The position numbers and the translations under genes were made by a program. From assembly GCF_006345805.1 (NCBI RefSeq), contig NC_043010.1, positions 9,362,001 through 9,426,000 of the forward strand: a DNA stretch of 64,000 bases. The letters run 5' to 3'. The notes beneath the pieces were generated by a model. That model was not told where the DNA came from, searched no databases, and worked only from the letters and a program-made list of their open reading frames with translations. Origin of the DNA: Octopus sinensis (taxonomy: Eukaryota). Numbering within the stretch: the first letter of the stretch is position 1; every line of letters begins with the position of its first letter. Of this stretch, positions 52,773 to 64,000 are shown piece after piece.

Positions 52773-55142
52773 ATGTTTCCTTTCTGTTTGCATATCACTA
52801 TGTATTCTGGGAGTGGAACCTTTCCAGCTGTAGGCTAACTCATGCTGCTTGCAAGATTCTTGTTTTGAATTAAAATCCTGTGAATACGAATCATTTGCTG
52901 CAGGTTGGTATAAATGTTCCTGTTGCTTCACTCCTTTAAGAGACTGTGATGAGGCATTTTTCCTCTGATAACACAGTAAGTTTCTTTGTTTGTTAGTTCG
53001 TACGACACAAAGTGCTGTAATTACGACAATGCTTACTGAGAGTGCAAGAGCCACGAATATCACAATTAGTACGAGATAGATGCGTACACTATGGGGCTCT
53101 TGCTGTAGAAACATGCTTGAAAACGAAGAGGTAGCATTACTAACAGTCACTTTTAAGGATAAATTAGTTGATGTGGCTAATATAGGTGAGCCACTGTCTT
53201 TAGCAATGATTTCAAGGTGATACAACCCGGTATCTTTCTGGAATAGTTGCCGCGTAAAAGAGAGCACACCTGAGTATTTGTCAAGCTGAAATAAATTCTT
53301 TTGATTACCTGCTGATATTTCATATTGAAGAAAGGCATTAATGTTAATATCATCATCCACAGCTCTGAGAACAGTTATGTTTCTGGATCCCCAAGAGTAA
53401 AAATAAACGTCCATTATAAAATTGGAGTGACGGGGGAAAATAAAGTAAGGACTATTGTCGTTTTGGTCCAAGACAGTTACGGTTGTATTTACAGTATTAT
53501 TGAGAACTGGAATCCCTTTATCTTTCACAAGTATTTGAAAATGATATTCTTCTTGTTCTTCTCGGTCTAAAGCGTCTGTCGTTGAAATGAAACCAAAGTC
53601 AGAAATTTCAAAAGGCAGACGTTCTCCCTTCTTTGATAACAAGAAATAAGACAGCTGCCCTCCTGGGCCTAAATCTAAGTCATTTGCACTGACAAGTCCA
53701 ATGGGGAAATTTGGCTTCTGATTTTCATGCACGGAAAATTTAAATTCATCTTTAGAAAATTCTGGTCTCATATCATTGATGTCTTCTAGTTCTATAATAA
53801 CTGACTTGTTTGTCTCTAAAGGAGGCGTCCCATGATCTCTACAAGAAATGGTGAAATTTACACTGACTTCCAGTTCTCGATCTATTTCTTCTTTGAGAAT
53901 CACTTTATATTTATTTGAACCTAAACTCTCGAGTTCAAATTTCTTAGCTCTGAGCTTACAATAAACTTCTCCATTTTTTCCAGCATCATCATCTGTAATT
54001 TTAACAAATGCAATGAAGCTGCCAATTTCAATCGCTTCAGAAATATACACCTTTTCTTCTTTTTCTTTTGAGATGAAATTTATATCTATTTTTGGTGCCT
54101 TGTTTTGTTGGTTTATAATGTTTACCAGCATCAGTGCTATGGAACTAAGAGGTGGGTTACCTTGATCTGTAGCTTTGATGAAAAGCTTGCATGACTGGTT
54201 CAATTTAGAATTGAAATTTTCTGTAAAGAAAAGTTGACCTGTTTTTTCATTCAATTGAAAAAAAGATCTATTTATCATTGAAGTTTTTGTACTGAAGTGG
54301 TAGGAAATTTTCCCATTGTCTCCAGAATCTTGATCAATAGCTGACAATGTGGCTATTGGTTTGCTCCACTGATGCTTATATATAACAGTTATATTGTATA
54401 CATTCTGAACAAAAGATGGGGCATTGTCATTAATATCTTCCACTGTTATCAAAATTTCTAACTGGCTTTTCTGCGATGGAAATCCACTATCTTCTGCAAT
54501 AATTTGAATTTTATATGAATCATTTTTCTCTCGATCAATTCTTTCATTCAGTCTTATACCAAGAGTTGATGTGCTGTCTACATTTTCAGAAACTGTGAGT
54601 TCAAATGGATCACCTTCATGTTTTAGAAGTTTGTAATTAATCTGAGAGTTCAAAGCACCCACATCTTTGTCCACTGCATTAGGTATGTGTTTAGTGATGC
54701 CTTTCCCATCCCCTTCAGAGAACCGAAGTAAAATTTGGTCCTTTAGGAACTCAGGTTTATGATCATTCACATCACTTATTATAACTTTTATTTCTAATAT
54801 CTTAATAAACGATTGTTGGAACCTCACTGCAACAACAATTATTCTAGAACATTCTTTATCATATTCACAAAGAATTTCTGCATCTAAAGGTTGAATGGCA
54901 TAGAGTTTACCTGTTTGGGTGACATTGAACAGATGGAAATTTGCATTACCACCCTGTTGTAATTGGCTAAACCAAATCAATTTGTGCCTGTTTGAAAGGA
55001 TTCCCTTTTCAGACTGAATATCAGTGGCTACATCTCCCAGATACGTAATTGGATTATTCGTCTCCTTAACATGGTAGATAAGATCAATGCACAATGTTGT
55101 GCATACAGCTGAGAGGATTAGAAATAATACTTGCTTTTGCAT
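52770..55142 (-). CDS. PCDH: Protocadherin large coding exon (signal peptide, EC1-EC6, TM, proximal cytoplasmic region); 791 codons up to a phase-0 splice donor
   Basis: 819-aa ORF with a hydrophobic N-terminus, EC1 C-x5-C (LCEYDKEC), repeated DxNDxxP (DVNDHKP, DINDNAP, DINDMRP, DQNDNSP), DRE/DAE, DxD and DxGxP motifs and a TM segment (IYLVLIVIFVALALSVSIVVITALCVV). The whole ectodomain is in one exon, as is typical of protocadherins. Symbol is family-level only. Confidence 0.96.
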
Positions 55143-55435
55143 CTTGATGTTCCTATGTAATACATCAACATGTCCTTTTCAAAAGAAAGGCTGTACAAAC
55201 CACAATTCATGCTGGAATATAAAGCAAAAAGATTACAATTTTTCGCATCAAGCAATCTTTGAAGTTTCTAGTTTATTTTCATAGCATCTTGACTTAAGCA
55301 AACATTTTACAATTCAGGCACTTTGGATTCTTTGAATGAAGCAGTTCAACATATGCATTTATGAGTGTGTCTGAGTGTGCATTTGCGTATGCGATTATTT
55401 ATGCATGTATATATGTTTGTATGTAGGTATACATA

Positions 55436-55752
55436 TCACGTGATCACGTGATCACGTGACCGACCAGACTATCAGATGTTGCTACACATCGCTGGTCACA
55501 ATGCGTTCGCATTGTTTTAGCCTTCGAACGACGCCACCCCGCTGGCTAAGCGAGCAGGCCGACAGAAGAAAGAGTGGGAGAAAGAGTGGTGAAAGAGTAC
55601 AGCAGGGATCACCACCCCCTGCCGGAGCCTCGTGGAGCTTTTTAGGTGTTTTCGCTCAATAAACACACACAACGCCCAGTCTGGGAATCGAAACCGCGAT
55701 CCTCCGACCGCGAGTCTGCTGCCCTAACCACTGGGCCATTGCGCCTCCACAG
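55436..55752 (-). mobile_element. SINE family D, about 300 bp upstream of the protocadherin ATG
   Basis: Full, CpG-rich copy. Confidence 0.88.
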
Positions 55753-55781
55753 GTATACATATATACATGTATATATATAGA

Positions 55782-56093
55782 CAGTAGCAAACTGGGTCTA
55801 AAGATATTGGTTGCCAGGGGACTAAGGGGGCTTACCTGCAACTTCAAAGTGGCCAACCCATAACTACAATGATATCATTTAATGTTTTTTGCTTTTTTTG
55901 TTAGAAGTATTCTTTTCACCTGTCTACAAACACAGCCAGGCTGAAATAATTAATGCATTCTTCCAGGAGTAAACAAAAAATTCTCAAACCAAGGGCTCCT
56001 TAGATATTAACATGGGCCCCCATATATGGATTCTAATGGCGCAGGTGTCCACTTGCCATCGGGCAAGCTGGCAACCTGGCCAGTCCGCCACTG
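55782..56093. mobile_element. hAT-type MITE with 8-bp TSD
   Basis: TIRs cagtagcaaactgg / ccagtccgccactg; flanks tatataga (55774-55781) and catataga (56094-56101). Confidence 0.7.
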
Positions 56094-56109
56094 CATATAG
56101 ACATAGTCT

Positions 56110-56520
56110 TTCATTCTTGTATTCTTTTATTTGTTTCAGCATTGCTGGGGCACTGCCTTGAAGGGTTTAGTTGAACAAACTGACTCCAGTATTTATTTTT
56201 AAGCCTGATATTTATTGGACTCCTTTTTGCTGAACCACTAAGTTACAGGGATGTAAACAAACCAACACTGGTAATCAAGTAGTGATAGGGACAAACAGAA
56301 ACACAAAGACACAAACATACACACACATGCATACACACACGCACACGCGCGCACACACACACACACATACATACAATGGGCTTCTTTCAATTTCTGTCGC
56401 CCAAATCAACTCACAGCACTTTGGTCAACCTGGGGCTACAGTAGAAGACACTTGCTCAAGGTACCACACAGTAGAACTGAACACAGAATCAAGTGGTTGG
56501 GTAGCAAACGTTTTACCACA
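56110..56520 (-). mobile_element. SINE family A, diverged
   Basis: Reverse copy with recognisable head and tail. Confidence 0.7.
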
Positions 56521-57231
56521 CACACATACACACACACATACACACACATTTAAAATACATATTTTCAATATGTATGTGTATTTATATATGTGTGCATATG
56601 TATATATGTGTGTGTGTGTGTGTAAATGCATTCACACCCATACATATACATACACACATGTACACACGCATGCACACACACACCACACACATACACACAT
56701 ATACATAAATATTTCTTTCATTACATTTACCAACTTTGAAAATTATATTTAGCCAACATCTTATACTCTGATACATTGAAACAGATCAAGGATTATTTAT
56801 GAAGTGAAAACAACAACAACAAAAACAACAACAACAACAACAACATTATAAGAGAGTCTAGTATATCAACAAACAATTCTTTATCATAGGTGATATATTT
56901 TGTTTCAAAATTTACTTAATATATTACTGATCTATAAAATAATCTTTCATAGATTTATATGATATCAGCAGTGTTATATAAATGATTTTAGATATTTTTT
57001 TTTTTATGAATACTTACAACTGAGAGAAATGGAAAACGATTTCCATAGCAATCTGCTTTAAACTTGGTTCAGACAGAGTATCTGCTGACGTATGCTTTCC
57101 GTTATTTTTATACGTACATAAATTGTTGAGCTGGAAGAGTTGTTTGGCACGCCAGACAAAATTAGTCAGTGGTATTTCATTGGTCCTTACATTCTGAGTT
57201 CAAATGCCACCAAGATAGACTTCACCTTTCA

Positions 57232-57513
57232 TCCCACACGGCCAGAGCCACTATGGACTTCCTGTGTCAGCACAACTTCAGAACCAGGCCGGCTCTCAGC
57301 CTGAATTTGAACCCAGTTCAACACTTATGGGATGAAATCCAGAGATGGCTGAACCAGGTGGTCCCAAGGCTGACAACTCACGTGAAACTGAAAGCAGCTT
57401 TCCTCTGGGTGTGGGCACAGTTGCCAATGGCTTTTGTGAACCATCTTATGCACTCTATGTACCAACAGTGTATGGCCATTTTGAACACCCAGGGAGGGCA
57501 TACACAGTATTGA
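57232..57513 (+). mobile_element. Tc1 transposase C-terminal relic
   Basis: HTARATMDFL...LSLNLNPVQHLWDEIQR...SMYQQCMAILNTQGGHTQY* matches the Tc1 SPDLNPIEHLW and GGHTxY motifs. Confidence 0.8.
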
Positions 57514-57860
57514 ACATGTCACGCCCTACAATCTCGATATGCTGGACCCACCCACCACAAGAACACATGACAATGACCCATAGACTGTGGTCAAAGTGCA
57601 TCCAAGAAAAATGACTTTATCAGATTTATAAAAATTTATCTCTGACATAATGAAATTAAAACATATTTCTCTGTCACATATGTCTCGTGTTTCTTTTGCA
57701 GTTCAGTGTATGAAAGGTGGATGTGGAAGTAAGTGTGCTAAAGTGAAAAAGGTGAGAGAGATGGTTACTGATAGAGATTTCTTGATTAAAGCAGTTCAAT
57801 ATACATATTTGTAAAAAAACTTTTCATGGGCATTTGTGTGTGTGTGTGTGTGCATGTGTA

Positions 57861-58181
57861 TACTCTTTTACTTATTTCAGTCATTTGACTGCGACCATGC
57901 TGGAGCACCACCTTTAGTCGAGCAACTCGACCCCGGGACTTATTCTTTGTAAGCCCAGTACTTATTCTATCACACAAACACGCACACACACACACACACA
58001 TATATATACATATATATACGACGGGCTTCTTTCAGTTTCCGTCTACCAAATCCACTCACAAGGCTTTGGTCGGCCCGAGGCTATAGTAGAAGACACATGC
58101 CCAAGGTGCCACGCAGTGGGACTGAACCCGGAACCATGTGGTTGGTAAGCAAGCTACTTACCACACAGCCACTCTTGCGCC
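57861..58181 (-). mobile_element. SINE family A
   Basis: Reverse copy, low divergence, internal deletion. Confidence 0.88.
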
Positions 58182-58204
58182 TATATATATATATATATAT
58201 ATAT

Positions 58205-58400
58205 AAAATTTAAAGGACTGACCACTAAAAGTGGACGGTCAACATGCTAGATATAGACGTCAAAATCGCTATTTTCCACGAAGAATGTGTTCTCAAATTA
58301 CACATTTATTTGAGAACACATTCTTCATGGAAAATAGCGATTTGACGTCTATATCTAGCATGTTGACCGTCCACTTTTAGTGGTCAGTCCTTTAAATTTT
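58205..58400. mobile_element. Near-perfect hairpin MITE (94-bp arms, 9-nt spacer) next to (TA)n
   Basis: 58205-58298 is the reverse complement of 58308-58400 with one substitution and one 1-nt indel. Confidence 0.85.
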
Positions 58401-58487
58401 GTATGTAAAAATATTTTAATCTTCGGATTTTTTTAATATGCTATGCCTCTGGTTTTAATTGATTAATATCAATTTCTACCCTTATCA

Positions 58488-58525
<38 letters not shown>

Positions 58526-58674
58526 TATATCAGGTAACAAACAAAGGAAAAAATTCCTTCAAAGTGGTGTGTAAAAGTGTAAAACATCCAATTCACTAGT
58601 ATATGTTGGTTGAATACCATATAAAAATGTGTATAATGCAAATTACACAACTTAAATTTAATAGAAAGATACAA

Positions 58675-60175
58675 AATGACAATCCAATACTTTATTTATA
58701 TTATAATATGATATTTTATGAATATAACATAACATAAACAATTATTTAAAAAATCCAAAAAAAGCCAACAATTTGTTTTGACCTACATACATTTTTTGAT
58801 ATATAAACAATTCAATTCCCTTATATATAAGCCTCATCAGGGCAATTGGTGTGTTGATAGATGAAATTCCGTGTCAAAGAATTCCTGGATTGTAAAAAAA
58901 TTAATTCAAATGCTTATGTATTATGAGTGTGAGCATTGGCCGTTCAACTACACATCAATTACATTAGAAATTAAAAAACAACAAAATTATAATGTACAAA
59001 ATAATTAAATAAGTAGAATCTACAATAGGCGCAGGAGTGGCTGTGTGGTAAGTAGCTTGCTTACCAACCACACGGTTCCGGGTTCAGTCCCACTGCGTGG
59101 CACTTTGGGCAAGTGTCTTCTACTATAGCCTTGTGAGTGGATTTGGTAGACGGAAACTGAAAGAAGCCCGTCGTATATATGTATATATATACATATATAT
59201 GTATATATGTATGTGTGTGCATGAGTTTGTGTGTCTGTGTTTGTCCCCCCAACATCGCTTGACAACCGATGCTGGTGTGTTTACATCCCCGGTTCCGCTT
59301 ACAAGGAATAAGTTCTGGGGTTGATTTGCTCGACTAAAGTCAGTGCTCCAGCATGGCCACAGTCAAATGACTGAAACAAGTAAAAGAGTAAAAGAGTAAC
59401 TATCAAAATAAATTTCTAAATATCTCATATAATATCAATCCAAACGCGTTTATGTACAAGACAATCTTTCACTATTATAATAGCATACAACAAAAATATA
59501 TGGGTATATAATTATCAAGTTCTTACTTAATCTAGAAGCTATAGAAAAACGTGTAAAAAAGATATAACTGATAATTATATCTTTAATATACAATAACTCT
59601 TCCATATATAATCATATACACGTATTATTGTTGTATGTTATTTTAATAGTTGAATGGCCAATGCTCATGCACATAATTTGAATAAATTTTTTTACAATCC
59701 AGCAATTCTTTCACACAGAATTTGCTCTATCTACACACCAATTGCCCTGATGAGGCTTATACATAAGGGAATTGAATTGTTTCATCATCATCATCATCAT
59801 CGTTTAACGTCCGTTTTCCGCACGAGCATGGGTTGGACAGTTCGACCGGGGTCTGGGAAGCCAGGAGACAGCACCAGGCTCCACTCTGATCTGGCAGTGC
59901 TTCTACAGCTGGATGCCCTTCCTAACGCCAACCACTCCGCGAGTGTAGTGGGTGCTTTTTACGTGCCAGGGAAGTCTGGCAGCAACCACGATCGGTTGGT
60001 GCTTTTAACGTGCCACCGGCACGGAAGCCAGTCAAGGCGATGCTGATATATCAAAAAATGTATATAAGTTGAAACAATTGTTGACTCTTGTTTTTTTTTA
60101 AATAATTGTTTATATTATATTATATTCATAGTATATTATGTTATAATATAAATAAATTATTGGGTTGTCATTTAT
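58675..60175. repeat. Old inverted repeat (arms about 58675-58955 and 59645-60175) containing CTGATGAGGC, interrupted by later SINEs
   Basis: ttcaattcccttatatataagcctcatcagggcaattggtgtg near 58810 is the reverse complement of cacaccaattgccctgatgaggcttatacataagggaattgaa near 59735; homology resumes after the SINE at 60047. Confidence 0.75.
59028..59398 (+). mobile_element. SINE family A
   Basis: Forward copy; deletion at tatagcc|ttgtgag. Confidence 0.88.
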
Positions 60176-60323
60176 TTATTGTTTATATTATTTATATGTA
60201 TATAATTTAAATGTATATATATCATTTATATATTTATGTGTATGTGTGTGTGTGTGTGTATGACTGCGTGTGTATCGTTGGCAATTTTCTTTCTCTGTCT
60301 TCCCTTCTTTGGATTTTTTCTAT

Positions 60324-60358
60324 ATTTCTGATGAAGAGCTCCGCTTGAAATGTGAAAT
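60324..60358 (+). ncRNA. Degenerate hammerhead-like motif in a microsatellite-flanked cassette (about 60270-60460)
   Basis: attt CTGATGA a gagc tcc gctt GAAA tgtg aaat; the triplet is mutated. Confidence 0.4.
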
Positions 60359-60497
60359 TCTCTTTCTTTTCTTTCCTTTCCTGAGCGTCCAATAACACTG
60401 TACTTTTTCCATGTCCTCGTGTTGTTGTTTTTTCTTGCTTGTTCATGTTTGGATTGACTATATGCATATATGTATAAACGTTTGTGCGTGTGTATGT

Positions 60498-60540
<43 letters not shown>

Positions 60541-61519
60541 GTGTGTATACATATATATATATATACAAACACAGACACACATACATATATATATGAGAAG
60601 CACACAATATATACACATGTATTGAATGCTTCTTATTTCTTGCAATATAGGTGCTTTGGCATCCTCAGTCACAATTAGTGACAATTAAATTTTTCCTTTA
60701 TGGTATAATATTGCACCTAACTAAGTGATTTTAAGTATCGGGGATCACATGTGATGGTGGATGGGGGGTGGCTGAGGAAGTGGGATGTATGTATGTATGT
60801 ATGTATGTATGTATGTATGTATGTATGTATGTATGTGTGTGTGTATGCATGTATGTATGTATGTATGTAAGTACGTATTTATGTATATATGTGTATATAT
60901 ATATATAAATATTTATTTATATGTGTGTGTGCTTGTGTGTGTGTGTGTAACAAATGAAGAATGGAGTAGCTGGCATTACATTCTTCACTTATTATTTATA
61001 TTCCGTGACAGAACTAAATCATCTGAATTTTCAATTTGTTTGAAACCATTGCTTCCACTGTAGGAATTTCTCTTTTATACAATTTCAGGTAGCTATTGCA
61101 CTATAAGATAAATGACTAGATTATCTGATCCTTTCTCACTTGCTACACACACACACACCTACACATACACAGGCATACATGCACACACACACACACACAC
61201 ACACATGCACACATACACACACACATATAACTTAAAACCCATGAAGCAGAAAAATAGACACACATATATTTATAAATATATGTACATATTAATTATTTAT
61301 ACAGTACAGTATTATATGAATCACGAAAGTTTCTGGTAATGTTTTCTCTTGGTGAGTTTAGGGTCAGGCATATAACGAATCATGTCCTTAAACCCTTAGG
61401 CTTTCAAAAATCACTTCCCTCAAACACAGATGGAAGAATTTTCTGTTGGCCTACTTAACCTAGTTTTTGATCATCATATTTGATGATAAGAATTTGTATA
61501 AATATATATTAGCCTCTCC

Positions 61520-61790
61520 AAAAGGGTTTATAAGCACCAGTGTCTAAGTTTAAAATCACACTGAGAGAATTAACCACTTTTAGATTGGCTCCTATGGTGC
61601 TTTTGAGTCAGTAGAACTCAGAGTATGGGGCATGTTTTTTTCTAAGGTTATTGAGTGTGTAGCAATTTGCTCATCTTGATATTATCAGTATATTATCTCT
61701 GTAGAGGCCGAAGATAGTTGAAGGGTAAATCAAAGATGTAAAGGTCAACAAGGTCACCCACATCAGCGCTGTCAAATGTTTTTGCAACAT
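61520..61790 (-). mobile_element. Penelope-like element reverse transcriptase relic
   Basis: Decayed minus-strand frames give ...GLYRDN... and ...ANLKVVNSLSVILNLDTGAYKP, resembling the PLE RT GLYRDDG and TNLKxVNFLDVTLNL motifs. Confidence 0.55.
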
Positions 61791-61839
61791 CAGCAGAGTT
61801 TCCGCTTTACCTGGGATGATCTCTCGATTGACAGTCTGA

Positions 61840-63164
61840 CCCTGGGGGAGGGGGTAAATTTTCAATACAGTACCACGGATGTAAAAAAATTTTGATGAGC
61901 ATACTCCTGATTGAGCTGCAACTCTGTCATGTATTCTTCAGTCATGGAGATGAAGGGCGCTTCCATTGTGATGACTGCTGCTTTGTCTCAGGGTCATACC
62001 TATTTCTTTATTACCCACAAGGGGCTAAACACAGAGGGGACAAACAAGGACAGACATAGGTATTAAGTCGATTACATCGACCCCAGTGCATAACTAGTAC
62101 TTAATTTATCGAGCCCGAAAGGATGAAAGGCAAAGTCGACCTCGGCGGAATTTGAACTCACAACGTAATGCAGACGAAATACCGCTAAGCATTTCGCCCG
62201 GTGTGCTAACGTTTCTGCCAGCTAACCTGTTGACCCAACTTTCCTCACCAGTAATGATCCTTGACATAAAGGATGAGTCATCAGTGGCACACTGATGGAG
62301 ATCTTGACAGACTTTGTTGTGATGTTCTTTCTGCTCAGTGGCCAAGTGGGGAACAGACTTGGCAGAAACACTCTGCATGTTCAATCCAGATGATAGAATT
62401 GCCTGCATGAACTGATACAATAGAACGACAAGATCAGCAATATCATTGGTCGTCCTCTGACAATCTTCACGCACAAGAGAAGGCGGCGAGCTGGCAGAAA
62501 CGTTAGCAAGCCGGGCAAAATGCTTAGTGGCATTTCGTCTGCCGCTGCGTTCTGAGTTCAAATTCAGCCGAGGTTGACTTTGCCTTTCATCCTTTCGGGG
62601 TCGATAAATTAAGTACCAATTACGCACTGGGGTCGATGTAATTGACTTAATCCCTTTGTCTGTCCTTGTTTGTTCCCTCTATGTTTAGCCCCTTGTGGGC
62701 AATAAAGAAATTAGAATCCTCATGCACAAGCTGATGAATTTTCTTCCCATTTCCAGGGGTGACCCCCGTGGAAGATCTTCCAGATCGCTGATCATCTTCC
62801 AGGGACGTTCTTATGCTTTTGAAGCACCAGTGCCACTCAAATCATTGTGTACAACCCATTGCCTCATTGTTGTAATCTTGCTGAAACATGTTCAATGTCT
62901 CTGTAGCAGATTTCCCAAGTTTAGCACAAAATTTCATGTGGGCTCTTCATTCCACCTTCCCGTCCATGACAAAATCACAGACTACAGCATACATGTGATC
63001 ACAAAAACACAAATTTCACAACTTGCAAAGTAAACACAGCAACGTCACACAACAAACTGCCTCATGAAGGTCACTGCTAGCTCTCACTGCACACGCAACC
63101 GTGTGCTGCCATCTGTTGGCAGAACTACAGAACTAGTCTGAGAACTTTTTGATACCACCTCGTA
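61840..63164 (-). mobile_element. Degenerate mariner-family transposon, 5' part, split by two SINE insertions
   Basis: TA followed by a TIR-like CGAGGTGGTATCAAAAAGTTCTCAGACT (63162-63135). Relic peptides: KFCAKLGKSATETL...EDDQRSGR, LNMQSVSAKSVP...SRIITGEESWV, GYDPETKQQSSQWK. Confidence 0.85.
62002..62714. mobile_element. Two SINE-B copies in opposite orientation (- 62002-62224, + 62478-62714), both inside the mariner relic
   Basis: The second is flanked by a 16-bp TSD: aatcttcacgcacaag (62462-62477) / aatcctcatgcacaag (62715-62730). Confidence 0.9.
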
Positions 63165-63738
63165 ATTTATTTGACTTTGCAAACTTTCTGTATTTACTAT
63201 TTGTCAACACAGCCATCATTAGTTTCCTCAGCTTCTACAGTTTCACTTTAGCAATTATATTTTGGCTAAGATTTCTATTGATTTCTATAGTCTTTCTGTA
63301 TCAGTTCATATTTCCTTAATACAAACTGAATGTTTTACTAATCATAATTTCAACAGAAAGCACCAAAACACTGAAATTTGTTGGTAAAAAGTTGAATTCT
63401 AAATATAGATAAATAATAATTAACAATTTCTGTTCTCTCAAATTGTGTCTGAGAACGCACTTTGTTAGAGAACATTGTACAATTTTTCTTTTACATCTTG
63501 TATATAATTGGAAGTTTTGTATTTTGAAAATGATTAGTGAAAGGTCAGAATCTCTGTCATTAGTCATTAAAAAGAATTGTTTTACTAAAATATCTTTAAG
63601 CTTGTAGTTTTTAATGTCAGTTTTTAAGTATGACAAAAGCAAAGCTTTTGATGGTATCGGTAAACAAACTATTAATAGAGACAATATCGTATGGGAACTT
63701 ATGAAGACAGGCATTGACTCTAACATCACCATTGTTAT

Positions 63739-63774
<36 letters not shown>

Positions 63775-64000
63775 CATCATCATCATTATTATTGTCGTCA
63801 TCGTTGTAACATCTATTTTTCCGTGATTGCACAGCTCAGATGTGGCTACACTGAGGCAGAATTTTCTAAAGCTAGATGTGCTTTCTTGTGCAAGGTAACA
63901 ATCCTCTAATCTATCGAAGAACAAACAGCTTGGACATGATTATGAAAAAAATCCAATAATAATTGACATTTTTCAATGTGTGTCATTCTATCCATCTATC

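Noticed and set aside
59735-59775. CTGATGAGGC as a complete hammerhead
   Set aside because: The GAAA half-core and NUH triplet are absent; kept only as part of the inverted-repeat finding.
63316-63924. 202-aa minus-strand ORF
   Set aside because: Inflated by a (GAT)n tract, with no recognisable domain. Another frame faintly resembles GIY-YIG (PIIYKM*KKNC) but is too decayed to call.

Overview
AT-rich eukaryotic DNA dense in microsatellites and SINEs. It is inferred to be a coleoid cephalopod, most likely Octopus, from the protocadherin type and repeat content. The only confident protein-coding element is one large minus-strand protocadherin exon (52770-55142). It encodes a signal peptide, six cadherin repeats, a TM helix and the start of the cytoplasmic tail, and ends at a phase-0 CAA|GTAAGT donor, so the ORF-track tail beyond aa 791 is intron read-through. 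Several candidate downstream exons lie at 50.5, 46.3, 40.2, 37.9 and 23.4 kb. The rest of the window is repetitive: about five SINE-type families, relics of RTE, Tx1/L1, Penelope, mariner, maT and Tc1 elements, hAT-, piggyBac- and TA-type MITEs, a 15 x 125-bp tandem array with higher-order structure, and many fold-back palindromes. The most notable observation is a set of unrelated short cassettes carrying minimal hammerhead-ribozyme-like cores of the Penelope/retrozyme type. One of them is a tRNA-head + (AAT)n + hammerhead element folded into a 490-bp palindrome in the first protocadherin intron. Nearly all other ORFs in the track are microsatellite or SINE artefacts. All calls are from manual reading; no database search or folding program was run.
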